From: Chiloscyllium plagiosum
Lineage: Eukaryota
DNA: 64,000 nucleotides
NCBI RefSeq assembly: GCF_004010195.1
Contig: NC_057718.1
Coordinates: 34,871,376 to 34,935,375 of the forward strand
Direction: 5' to 3'
Shown in pieces: positions 39,525 to 51,790 of this stretch. A model generated the notes under the pieces. That model was not told where the DNA came from. It was given only the letters and a program-made list of their open reading frames with translations, and did not search any database. The translations under genes were made by a program, and so were the position numbers. Position 1 is the stretch's first letter. Every line of letters begins with the position of its first letter.

Positions 39525-40113
39525 GGTCAGAGCACTGAGTGTTGGAGTTGGGAGTTCATACTGCAGCTGTACAGGATATTGGTTAGGCCACTTTTGGAAT
39601 ATTATATATGCAATTCTGATCTCTCCCCCTATAGGAAGGATGTAGTGAAACTTGAAAGGGTTCAGAAAAGACTTAGAAATATCATGCCAGGGTTGGAAGA
39701 TTTGAGCTATAGAGAGAAGCTGAATAGGCTGGGCTGTTTTCCCTGCAGTGTTGGAGGCTGAGGTGACCTTATAGAGGTTTAAAATATCATGAGGGGCATG
39801 GATACAATAAATAGATAAGGCCTTTTCCCTGGGTTGGGGGAGTCCAGAACTAGAAGGCATAGGTCTCTAGTGAGAGGGGAAAAATTTAAAAGGGACTTAA
39901 GTGGCAACTTTGTCACTCAGAGGGTGGTGCGTCAATGGAATGAGCTGCCAGCGGAAGTGGTGGAGGCTGGTACAATTACAACACTTAAGAGACATCTGGA
40001 TGGATACATGAATAGGAAGCGCTTAGAGTGATATGGGCCAAATGGGACTAGATTAGTTTAGGATATCTGGTCAGCATGGTCTGTTTCCGTGCTGTACATC
40101 TTTATGACTCTAT
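39525..40113 (+). mobile_element. HER1/CR1 LINE 3' fragment
   Basis: LQLYRILVRPLLEY, LERVQKR, FVTQRVVRQWNELP. Tail tttatgactctatg. Confidence 0.92.
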
Positions 40114-40499
40114 GTACACATGGGATAACTGTGTGCGCACAACATTTTTAGCAGTGGTCAGTGGGTGAAAAGTAGTGCCTGTGGGAATGCCATAGCCTCT
40201 GTAAGGTGTTCTACTTGTTCCATCTCTCAAACCCCTATCTACATCCCCCCTACCCTCCCCCCACCCCCACCCCCCGATCCCCCCAACTACCACCACCACC
40301 CTGGAGATGTCCCTGGACATCTGTTTTTCAGAAGTCAGGAGTGAGATCCAAACTGAATTTCCTCTCTTTACATCAGGGAACATGGAGTTGAAATGGAGCT
40401 CTTCCAGTTCTGCTGATTAAGTCAGTGCAAGGTGAGGGATGAAAAGTGATGCTTCCTTATCTGTGCAGTTCAGTTGTCTAACCATCTCTGTAGAGCAAA

Positions 40500-41420
40500 C
40501 AACACAAGGATTAGGAGCAAATGCAGGCCTTGCTGCCCTTCGAGATTGCTCTACCATTCAGGAAGACCAAGGCTGATTTTTAACTCCATTCTCCTGTCTG
40601 CACACCCCCCGCCCCATTAATCCTTAAGTCCCTGTTGTTGAAGGATCTGTCTAACTCAACCTTGAATATACACAAAGTTAGAAATCATGCAAGACCAGGT
40701 TATAGCTAACAGGTTTATTGGGAAATACAAGCTATCGGAGCACTGCTCCTTCTTCAGGTAAGGAGCAGTGCTCCGAAAGCTTGTACTTCCAAATAAATCT
40801 GTTGAACTATAACCTGGTATTATGTGATTTTTACCTTTGTCCACCCCAGTCCGGCACCTCTACATTGTACAATGGTCCTGCCTCCACTGCCTTCTGAGGA
40901 AGGAAATTCCACAGAATAGGTCATTATTAAATGGAATACCCTTAACCTTTAAACTGTGTCACCTCGTTCTAATGTCTCCCACAAGGTGAAAACATCCTCT
41001 TAGCTTCCAGTTCTTGAAGTCCCCTTGGAATTTATACGCTTCAATACAATCAATCTTATTCAACAATCAACAAGTACACATGCATGAGCATTACGTCTTT
41101 CCTCATAAGGATAACCCTTTCAATCTTGTAAGCAAATGAATGAATCTGTTTTGAACTGTTTCAATATAACTACAATTCAATATAATTTAGACCAAAATCA
41201 CACACAGTACTCCAGATTCCAAGCCACTGCAAGAGTAGCAAGTTGTATTATTCCTATTTTTGTTATTAATGAATGTGAGATTTTAAACAAAAGAAACATG
41301 TTACAGATATTCACCCTGAAAAATGTTATTCCTTATGCAATAATGGCTTTGCTAACTTTTTGGAACTCTCTCTTGTTGTATCTCTCTGATATGACAACAA
41401 GACCTTTATGTTAACAGAAT
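40500..41420 (-). mobile_element. Old CR1-like LINE fragments interrupted by a PLE fold-back
   Basis: ttaggagcaaatgcaggcc...gaaattccacaga...gaccaaaatcacacacagtactccaga. Confidence 0.6.
40672..40865. mobile_element. Short fold-back PLE derivative (family B)
   Basis: Arms 40672-40751 and 40760-40840. Left arm on the minus strand reads tac-CTGAAGA-a-GGAGC agt GCTCC-GAtA-gc-TT-gta. Right arm carries GGAGC agt GCTCC-GAAAGCTT-gta. Confidence 0.88.
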
Positions 41421-42104
41421 GAGAAAGGAATGACTGAGGATTCTTATTTACAATTTAGGAGGGTGGATATAAAATGGTTATTAACATTTTTTTTGTCTAT
41501 TAGCTATGAAAAGTGGAACTTTGTGATAATGCGTGCATGTATTCTAGATACTGTGGCAAGATTTACCCTATGGCCTGATGCAGCTCACAATGTGACACAA
41601 GTTTCAAATCAGCAGTTTCTTCCACCACAATCTGCAAGGTCAGGAAATGTTTGATATTCAAGACTCAAGTGTAAAACGATCACTAATATTTCTAACTTTG
41701 TGCAAGCTCCACGTGAAAATAAAATTAAACCAATCATTTAAAAGAAATGCTACAGCATGATATGCATTAATCACTTTAGAAGTATGTACTGTACGGTTTT
41801 ATCAGACAGCATTAATATTTGGAAGGATAACAGTATAAAATTGAAAAATAAAAGGATGTATGAATTTATACTTCATACCCTTTAACAAAATAATTCTCTT
41901 TCCATCTGCTCCCTGAGGTAATTTTGAATATTCAGCTTCAGAAATATGAAACCTTATAATACTCTTTACCGTGCAATCTTGCAAATTTCATGAAAAATAA
42001 ATACAATGTAATTTGGATTGATCATAAAAGTTGTTCTTGGGAATGCTTACAATGTGAAATTTAATTGTATTGATAATTTCACGACCAAAGACAGGAGTAC
42101 ATGT

Positions 42105-42495
42105 CAGTCGTGTCTATTGTGGTAGCAGACTCACCTCTGAGTCACAACGTTCTGTGTTCAAGTCGCACTCCAAGGCTTGAACATAAAAATCAGAGCTACT
42201 ATTTCACTGCAGCATATAGCACTGCTACACAATCAGAAGAGCTGATTTCAGATGCAATAAACTGAAGCTTCACTTGCCTGCTGAGGTGTGCGTAAAAGAG
42301 ATCATTGCACCACCCTGAAAAACAATGTTGCAACTGGTGTCCTAGCCAAGAGCTATCTCTCAAACGTTGCAAAAATAGATTGTCTGGACATCATCATTAT
42401 CTGTTTGTGAAAATTTGATGGACTTCATGAACTGTAAAATGCTTTGAGACATCCGGTGGTCATCAAAAGCATGATGTAGATGCCAGTTTTTCTTT
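42105..42495 (+). mobile_element. Deu-domain SINE (SacSINE1-like), degenerate
   Basis: tRNA-like head (ggtagcagactcacctctgagtcac...gttcaagtc), central domain (gaggtgtgcgtaaaagagatc...ggtgtcctagccaa) and tail ctgtaaaatgctttgagacatcc. Confidence 0.75.
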
Positions 42496-43235
42496 CTATT
42501 TACAATTGGCTGAGCAAACTTTTATCGCCATGGAATAGGATTTAATGTATGATCCAAAAGGAAGGCAGAGAAGTTACTTCAAGCAGGAAGAAAATAAATG
42601 AGGAGATCATGTATCAGGCAAAAATTTAAATGTCAGAACTTTATGTTTCATTGAAACTTTGGGAAAGCAAGATACAAAAATATTGTATTGTATATACTTC
42701 TATATAAAAATATACAACTTCATATAAAAATACAAAAATACTTTTACTGAGCAATTGGGAATTTTTTAAGCACTTGACCTGCCCAACCTCAAAGATATGC
42801 ATAGTTAATTGAACCTGATAAAGTCTGACGTGGTTGCAATAGTAAAAACATATAAAGATGACTAAAAGTCAGTATTGGTTCAAAGCAAAATGCCAAAACA
42901 TATAATTTATATTTCTGAAGTTGGGGATTTTGATAGAATGAACAGGAAGAAATTGTTTGTACTGGCATGAGGGTCAGTAAACAGAGGGACAGAGATTCTA
43001 CATAATTTGTTTAAACAGACTGGCAGACAATTTTTTAGAAAAAATCCAATTCATTGCTGTGATTTAAATGTTCTGTTGATTCAATAGTGACTTTCAAAAG
43101 AGAATTGTATTCCTACTTAAAGGGAATACAATTTACCTGCTGTATTCGCCATGGAATTTTTGTGATTGGACCAGTTGACTTTCTGGCTAAAGGACTGTAG
43201 AACAAAGTCTGAATTAGTGTTGCTTCCTTGTACAT

Positions 43236-43365
43236 TTTTCCTGAAGAAGGGCTTGTGCCTGAAACGTCGATTCTCCTGCTCCGCGGATGCTGCCTGGCCT
43301 GCTGTGTTTTTCCAGCACCACATTTTTCAACTCTGGTCTCCAGCATCTGCAGTCCTCACTTTCTC
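43236..43365 (+). mobile_element. 130-bp non-autonomous PLE derivative (family A) with 13-bp TSD
   Basis: TSD cttccttgtacat at 43223-43235 and 43366-43378. Begins 5 nt before the HHR core. Confidence 0.9.
43237..43272 (+). ncRNA. Minimal hammerhead motif, core intact
   Basis: tttc-CTGAAGA-a-GGGC ttgt GCCT-GAAA-cg-TC-gatt. Confidence 0.75.
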
Positions 43366-44169
43366 CTTCCTTGTACATCGTATGGGTCTACATAGGATCT
43401 TGTTTCTTTCATGTAAAATATATCCTATTCTCATGACAAAGCAAAAGGAAGGAAAATAAGGCAATAGACATTTGTTCAGAGCCACAGCAATCATTTCAAC
43501 TTTACACACTATTTATCACTTGTTTCTTATGTGGATGTCGCATTCTGAAATTAATTTCATTCTTCAGTTCAAGCACATAAAATAAATAACTAAAGGAAAT
43601 TAGGAAGGAGATGAAATGCACTTTGCACTCAAAAAGCAAACATGATTATGTAATAAGTTTCCAGGGATGTCATTGCATCAAAAACAATTCAAATTTCAGT
43701 TCTTTTTAACAGCTCTTCAGATAATGACAATTTACAGCAAGATCTGAACAATATTTATATTTTGTGCTGATTAGTGGCAAGGAGCATTGATGCTACACAT
43801 GTTTCAGATAATGACGACCTTCACTGCAAAAGAACCTAACCACCTCCGATTCACATGCAATGATTTTGCTGAGGCTTTCAGTATCCTGTGGGGACGGTCC
43901 TTTAGCCAGAAAATCAACTGGTCCAATCACATAAATTCCATGGCGAATACAGCAGGTAAAGGTTATTGCTTTACCTCCTATCTTTCTATCACAGCCAAAT
44001 GCAAGTCAAGATTGTGATAGAATACTCTCCCATTGCACAAGAAGCTTGATACTACCACTAGCCTGAACAATTGCTGCATCCACCACTGATGTACCATGAC
44101 TGTAGTGTGCACTATCTACAGGATACACTGTTGTAACTCCCCAAATCCACTAGCTATCATTCATTTGGG

Positions 44170-44720
44170 AGTATTCTTGCTTCTCAGAAGGCTCTATGAT
44201 TAAGTCTCACTTCAGGACTCAAGCACTGAAGAAAAATCAAAGCTGGTACCTTGAGGAATGGCTATGCTTTTGGAAGTGCCACATTTAAAATGAGAGATCA
44301 AACTGTCTCTCCATCAGTCCTTTCGGGAGGTACAGATAGACTATGGCACAAATTTGCAAAAATGCTGATATTCACAGTGCCCTTTGTGCGTTAAATCAAT
44401 GTCACAAAAATAGATGATCCGGTCAATACCGCATTGCTTTTCTTTGGAATTTACTGTGCACAAATTGGTTTCTGTATTGTCATACATTATAGCAGTGACC
44501 ATACTGCAAAATCTTTACATCACGTTCCTGACGAAGAGCTTATGCTCGAAATGTCAACTCTCCTTCTCCTTGGATGCTGCTGCCTGACTGGCTGTGCTTT
44601 TCCAGCACCACACGTTTTGACGCTGATCTCCAGCATCTGCAGTCCTCACTTTCTTCCCGTAAAATCTTTACATCAGCTATAAAGCAATTGGTGCTGCCTG
44701 TGGTCATAGATACTGTAGAA
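44170..44720 (+). mobile_element. Degenerate Deu-domain SINE interrupted by a PLE derivative
   Basis: gatgatccggtcaataccgcattgct...gtgcacaaattgg...catacattatagcagtgaccatactgcaaaa. Confidence 0.55.
44523..44660 (+). mobile_element. ~138-bp non-autonomous PLE derivative (family A) with 15-bp TSD
   Basis: TSD aaaatctttacatca at 44508-44522 and 44661-44675. Starts cgttc-CTGACGA-a-GAGC ttat GCTC-GAAA-tg-TC. Confidence 0.88.
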
Positions 44721-46089
44721 ATTCAAATCTTCACCAAGGCTTTTTCTAAAGCATCATCTATTGCCAGCCATTGTAAGGGTGTTAGTGCATCCCAAAGAGC
44801 ACAAAGGGAAGATTTTTGCTACTGAGGTTGGTAACTTGAATCAGGAAACCTTTCGAATCAGCAGTCCTGGCTCAGTTTTAAGGACCCTATTTTCACTCTG
44901 GTGTTTTTGATTACCACACACCCAGAAGCACATCCTAGGCATCCACATGGATGGGCATATGCCTAGCTGGGGCTGGTCAGCAGACTTTAATTCTCTACCT
45001 TGTCTGAGTTGCTTCAGACACTGTTAGGTCCTTTAGTTCTCATCCCTCACACCCTTCAAACCTTTACTCACTCTTATTCTTCTTCATGTCCCCATGTGAC
45101 TTGTATGCCTACTCAGATCTCCAGTTCCTCCTATTGTCCCTCATACCTCCACATCACCTCTATGTCCATACATACTCCACTCCCATCATCATAGTTCTCC
45201 ACACGACCTCCATAGTTACCCATCAAGTATTATTTGTCAGCAAACCTTAGGAGCCCAAGTTGAAATCAATAAAAGCTTCCAACAAATCTGTCAAGGACGA
45301 ATTGCTTCTCTGAGGTCAGGTTTGCTTCCTGTGTTGGACACTGCTTATCCCTTTCTGCCATTAACAAAATTCAGATCTGTCAGAAGTGCAGGCGAGACTT
45401 CTGCATCTGGAAATTCCAGAATATTTAAAAATTGGGAATACTGCAGAAAACCGGTTTGATGCCTGAGCAGAAATTGGTACAGCTCAGGATGTAGAAAACT
45501 GGGAAATTCAAATCTATGGGGGTTGAAAAACACATATACAACAATTAAAGGATTGGGATATTTAGACACAATTTTAAGAAAGAAGCTCAACAGAGAATGA
45601 GCAGCTAAAAGAGCTGAACATTTAATAGTCCCTGTAGGAGAGAAATCTTGTGGCAAGAGTCTACAAGGAATTATCTACAGTTATGAGTAAAAGAAAATTC
45701 AGACCCAGTAACAGATGCTCAGCAATGAGAATGGGCTATAAACTCCATGAAGCAGGATCATTCATCACACCAAGGTAATTACAGATTACATTGGGCACCA
45801 TTAATGTGTAGGAGCAGCTCTGACTTAATGTTCAGCTGGAGAGCAAATGGACATCTGGGGTTTGTGAGTGAAGTTGAAACCCCGGTAAACAAGCATTATT
45901 TTTGTTTAAAAAAAAGGCACAGTTTACAAGCTGGCAAATTTAGAAGTGATTGCAGTACTTGTGGGGGCAGAGGGAAGCAGGGATATTATTGGAGAGGCCT
46001 AGGTGAGCAAGCAGCTGTATGGGCAGACGTTCTGTGGGGTCACCTGACATTGAAAGGAGACTGTTGATTAAGACACCACTCTCAAATCC

Positions 46090-47620
46090 ATTCATTGAAT
46101 GATTCTATGATTCAATACAGAGAGGGCTTTAGCCCATCGAGTCTGCACAGAAAACAACTAATCTAAATCTACACAAATCCCACTTTTCAGCAATTAGCCA
46201 ATATGTCTTGAATGTTATGATATCTCAAGTGCTCATCTAAGAACTTTTTAAAGGTTCTGAGGTTTCCTGTCTCTACTGCCCTTCTAGGCAGTGCATTCCA
46301 GATTCGTACAACCTGCTGGGTGAAAGAAATTTCCTCAAATCCCCTCTAAACCTCTTGCCTATCACTTTAATATTAGGCCCTCTTGTTATTGACTCTTCAT
46401 TGAAGGGGAACAGCTGCTTTCTATCCCTATATCTCTGCCCTTCATAATCATATACACCTCTAACAAACCACTCTCAATCTTCCCTGCTCTAAAGAAAACA
46501 GCCTGAACTAATGCAGCTTCTCTTCATAGATAAACTGCTCCAAACCAGGCAACATTCTGGTAAATCTCCTCTGCACCCTCTCCAGTGCAATCACATCCTT
46601 CCAGAACTGCAGCTGTGGCCTAACCAAAGTCCTGTACAATCACATTATAAACTTCCTGTCCTTATAATCTAGGCCACACGTGATAAAGGCAAGTGTTCCA
46701 CATGCCGTCTTAACTACCCGAACAACCTGTCCAATCACCTTCAGGAATCTGTGAACAAGCATCCCAAGATCCCTCTGTCCACTGAGCCTCCTAGTGCCCT
46801 GCCATTCATTGAGCACTCATTTGTCTTGTTACTTCTTCCAAAGTGTATTACCTCACGCTTATCAGTGTTAAATTCCATCCGCACTAATCTGCCCATCTGA
46901 TCAATCCATATAAATTCACCTGTAACCTAAGATCTTCTTCCCCATTATTAGCCACCCAGCCAACCTTCACGTAATCCGCAAACTTGCTTATCATTGCCCT
47001 CATATTCTGTATTGTGTCACTGATCCCTGTGTATGTCACTGGACGCTGGTTTCCAATCACACAGCCTTCTTCCATCATCATCTGTCTTCTATCAGCAGCC
47101 AATTTTGGATCCAACTTGCCACATTACCCTGGATCCCTTGTGCTTTTACCTTCTTTACCAGTCTCCCTGTGGAACCTTGTCAAAGGCTTTGCTGAAATTC
47201 ATGTCAACTGCATCAACTGCACAACCCTCATCTACACATCTGCTCATCTCCTTGAAAAATTCAATTTTGTTCGACATAACCTCCTTTTGACAAAGCCATG
47301 CTGAATGTCCTTGGTCAAACCTTACCTCTTCAAGTTGAAATTAAACCTCGCCTTCAGAATTTTCTCCAGTTGTTTCCTAACAATTGATGTGGGACTCATT
47401 CGTCTATAATTTCCTGCTTTATCTCTATCATCATTTTTGAAAAGTGGAATCACATTTGCTGTCTTCCAGTTCTCTGGCACCTCCACTATGGCCAGAGAGG
47501 AATTAAAAATTTGGGTTCAAGCCCCAGTAATTTCCCGTCTCATTTCTTATAGCAACTAAAGGCACAATTCATCCAAACCTGGGTATTTGCTCACTTTTAA
47601 GTCTGCCAAAACCTCTAGCG
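46090..47620 (-). mobile_element. Old CR1-clade LINE (RT and 3' end)
   Basis: ISKFADYVKVG...EEDLRLQ. Plus-strand gaaccttgtcaaaggctttgctgaaattcatg encodes MNFSKAFDKV on the minus strand. Confidence 0.88.
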
Positions 47621-48861
47621 CAAGGATGGAACCAAATATTATTTGGGAACAATGGAATCCCATAGGGATTTAGGGATCTGTGCACTAAACTGTAGCAAAA
47701 ATAGAAAATGCTGCTTTCAGCAAGTCCAACAATATCCCCGGAGAAAGCGTTAATGTTTCAGGTCTATAAATTAATGCCGTTAGATATAATCGTGATGCCT
47801 TTCACAGTGAAAAATCCCAAAAGCTTCACAATCCAAACCCACACATCAAGAATATTCACTCGGACACAGTACAGGATGACAACTGCAATACTGGTAAATG
47901 CTTCAGACAACTGAAGGGTAAAAAAAAGTCAAAAGAATTGGGGAGGGGTGTTGTCGAAGGATAAAAAGCTGAAGAGAATACTTATCTTCTAAACTTCTTT
48001 GCATAGGGAAACAAAGGTTCAATTGCAATAACAAAAGAGAAAAAAACCTCTTAAAAACAACATTTTCTTCAAACTTGTGGGTTTCTCGGACTGCTTGGAA
48101 TATGTTAAAAGGAACAAGTCTCCTCTAATCTGAGGCAAATATTTGTTTTTACAGTTTCCCGCTTTGTATTTACACACTGCAAAGGCATGCCAAGGAAAGG
48201 AACTCGTCTTAACAAAAGCCTGGCCGAGACTCCTTTATAGAAAACACAAAAAGGTGGAGTTTAAATAATCCCAATCACTGTATAACCAAGCCAATAAAAG
48301 ATAACTCAGGCCAATAACCACGCTAATAATTATCCTTGACACAATGAACAAAGGTAAAACAAATCCAATATTGACTTTTGTCATTTGCCTAGATGTTACT
48401 TTGTTTACAGATTATATAGTTGCTATAGGAAGGATAAAGAAGCTTTTGGTTGCAGTGGAATGTGACATTATGAATGACTTGAACAGGGTTATGTATACTG
48501 CTACCAAATAATAAAATAAAGTCAGATGTCAAAAGGCCTCCATTAGGTTATGTCAGGACTGAATTGTACAATGACATGCTTCACCTTGCAATGACATCAC
48601 ATTGCATCAACAAATTCAATCATTTTCTCTGTGAACTCCCAAAGTGTTCACCTTGAGCTTTTCATTCTTGCTCAGCCTGTTGGGTTTTTGCTTATATTTC
48701 AAATTTTATGTGGACAGGCTTTCTCTCTTTGTCAATGAATTTTAAAGCCCAATAGCAATAAACATATTGATTTTTCAAGTTGTGATATAGGCAGCATCAA
48801 CTACACATTAATTAGATAACAAGAATATGCTAGAAAAATACAAATTCATCACTGTCTATAA

Positions 48862-51029
48862 AATGAGAGTCCAGAGAACGTATATTCCTATTAGAGTGAA
48901 AGGAAAGGCTGGTAGGTATAGGGAATGCTGGATGACTAAAGAAATTGAGGGTTTGGTTAAGAAAAAGAAGGAAGCATATGTCAGATATAGACAGGATAGA
49001 TCGAGTGAATGCTTAGAAAAGTATAAAGGCAGTAGGAATATACTTAAGAGAGAAATCAGGAAGGCAAAAAGGGGACATGAGATAGTTTTGGCAAATAGGG
49101 TTAAGGAGAATCCAATGCATTATGGACAAAAGGGTAACTAGGGAGAAAATAGGGCCCCTCAAAGATCAGCAAGGCGGCCTTTCTGTGGAGCCACAGGAGA
49201 TGGGGCAGATAATAAACGGGTATTTTGCATCATTATTTCCTGTGGAAAAGGATATGGAAGATATAGAATGCAGGGAAATAGATGGTGACAGCTTGACAAA
49301 TGTCCATATTACAGAGGATAAAGTGCTGGATGTCTTGAAACACATAAAAGTGGATATGTCCCCAGGACCTGATTAGGTGTACCCTAGAACTCTGTGGGAA
49401 GCTAGAGAAGTGATTGCTGGGCCTCTTGTGAGATATTTGTATCATCGATAGTCACAGGTGAGATGCTGGAAGATTGGAGGTTGGCTGACGTAGTGTCACT
49501 GTTTAAGAAGGGTGGTAAGGACAAGCCAGGGAACTATAGACCAGTGAGCCTGACATCAGTGGTGGCCAAGGTGTTGGAGGGAATCCTGAGGGATGTACAT
49601 GTATTTGGAAAGACAAGGGCTGATTAGGGCTAGTCAACATGGCTTTGTGCGTGGGAAATCATGTTTCACAAATGCGATTGAGTTTTTTGAAGAAGTTGAA
49701 ACTTTATTGCTGGAACAGCACAGCAGGTCAGGCAGCATCCAGGGAACAGGAGATTCGACGTTTCGAGCACAGGCCTTTCTTCAGGAAAGAAGTAACAAAA
49801 AGGATTGACGAGGGCAGAGGGGTAGATGTGATCTATGTGGACTTCAGTAAGGCATTCGACAATGTTTCCCATCGGAGACTGGTGAGCAAGTTTAGATTTC
49901 AGGGAATACAGGGAGAACCTGCCATTTGGATATAGAACTGGCTCAAAGATAGAAGACAGAGGGTGGTGGTGGAGGATTGTTTTTCAGACTGGAGGCCTGT
50001 GACTGGTGGAGTGCCACAAGGATCGGTGCTAGGTCCACTACTATTCATCATTTATATAAATGATTTGGATGTGAGCACAAAAGGTAGAGTTAGTAAGTTG
50101 GCAGATGACACCAACATTGGAGGTGTAGTGAACAGTGAGGAAGGTTACCTCAGATTACAATGGGATCGTGATCAGATGGGCTAATGGGCTGAGAAGTGGC
50201 AGATGGAGTTTAATTCAGATAAATGTGAGGTGCTGCAGTTTGGGAAAGCAAATCTTGGCAGGACTTATACACTCAATAATAAGGCCCTAGGGAGTGTTGC
50301 TGAACAAAGAGACCTTGGAGTGCAGGTTCACAGCTCCTTGAAAGTAGAGTTGCAGGTAGACAGGATAGTGCAGAAGGCTTTTGGTATGCTTTCCTTTATA
50401 GGTCAGAGTATTGAGTACAGGAGTTGGGAGGTCACGTTGCGGCTGTACAGAACATTGGTTAGGCCACTGTTGGAATATTGCATGCAATTCCGGTCTCCTT
50501 CTTATTGGAAAGATGTTATGAAACTTGAAAAGGTTCAGAAAAGATTTACAAGGATGTTGCCAGGGTTGAGGATTTGAGCTATAGGGAGAGATTGAATAGG
50601 CTGGGGCTGTTTTCCTTGGAGGGTCGGAGGCTGAGGGGTGACCTTATAGAGGTTTACAAAATCATGAGGGGCATGGATAGGATAAATAGACAAAGTCCTT
50701 TCCCTGGTGTGCGGGAGTCCAGAACTAGAGGGCATAGGTTTAGGGTGAGAGGGGAAAGATATAAGAGAGACCTAAGGGACAACTTTTTCACTCAGAGGGT
50801 GGCGTGTGTATGGAATGCGCTGCCAGAGGAAGTGGTGGAGGCTGATACAATTGCAACATTTAAAAGGCATTTGGATGGGTATATGAATAGGAAGGGCTTG
50901 GAGTGATATGGGCTGGGTGCTGTCAGGTGAGACTAGATTGGGTCGGGGTGTCTGGCCGGCATGGACGAGTTGGACCGAATGGTCTGTTTCCGTGCTATAC
51001 ATCTCTATACTGTATGACTCTATGACTCT
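48862..51029 (+). mobile_element. HER1/CR1 LINE, 5'-truncated ~2.1 kb, pseudogenised
   Basis: KVDMSPGPD, SQHGFVRGKSCFTN, YVDFSKAFD, GVPQGSVLGPLLFIIYINDL, KLADDT, WNALPEEVV. Tail tatgactctatgactct. Confidence 0.95.
49697..49786 (-). mobile_element. 90-bp PLE derivative with HHR, nested in the CR1, 7-bp TSD
   Basis: TSD aagaagt at 49690-49696 and 49787-49793. Removing the insert restores FFEEVTKRID. HHR reads ttc-CTGAAGA-a-AGGC ctgt GCTC-GAAA-cg-TC-gaa. Confidence 0.92.
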
Positions 51030-51471
51030 GAAAGGATAGGATAATATTGATCTTTATCAGAATAGAACATGGACACATGGGGATGTCTCTTTTGGACTAA
51101 ACAAAATAAAAGAGGGGAAGACAACAATATTCAGTAAGATTGCAACATATTGACCTTTAGGGAAGGGCTTCATAAAAATGTGAATTCCAATTTTTTAAAA
51201 AAGTGAATAGATTTGTGTGCAAAGATCATTCCACTTAGGCAATGAAAAGGTATGAGATACAATCAGAGGAAATAAAACAATTCCAAAGTGGAAGAGATTT
51301 AAGTCGGATCAGAAATTATCTTCCTCTGACTGTTTGAGAATGCAACAGCATAGACGTTGTTTTCTCTTCAGCAGATGGATTCTAACAAACAGAGGTCTTC
51401 TCTTAAAGCTCTGACCTGGAATTATCCTAATTAATATTTATCATAATAACTGTAGGTGAGGGCATGTACAT

Positions 51472-51790
51472 TTAGAACATAGAACATAGAACATAGAACA
51501 TAGAAAGGTACAGCACAGAACTGGCCCTTTGGCCCACGATGTTGTGACGAGGTTTAATCCTCATGTAAAATATAGTAACTTAACCTACACACCCCTCAAC
51601 TTACTGCTATCCATGTGCATGTCCAGCAGTCGCGTAAATGTCCCCAATGACTCTGCATCCACCACCACAGATTGGCACCGCATTCCATGCATTCACAACT
51701 CTCTGCGTAAAGAACCTACCTCTGACATCTCCTTTATACCTTCCTCCTAATATCTTCAAACTATGACTCCTCGTACCAGTAAATCCTGCC
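51472..51790 (-). mobile_element. CR1 LINE 3' fragment, second family with (ttctatg)n tail
   Basis: (agaacat)n on the plus strand. ORF reads TRSHSLKILGGRYKGDVRGRFFTQRVVNAWNAVP. Confidence 0.9.

Larger units (their letters stand above)
43132..43960. repeat. Dispersed 67-bp inverted repeat (43132-43198 and 43894-43960)
   Basis: 3 mismatches in 67 nt by manual alignment. No flanking TSD. Confidence 0.95.

Noticed and set aside
40244..40300. C-rich run (potential minus-strand G-quadruplex)
   Set aside because: Low-complexity sequence with no supporting functional context.
48827..50906. Active LINE ORF2
   Set aside because: 5'-truncated, with multiple stops, frameshifts and a nested insertion.
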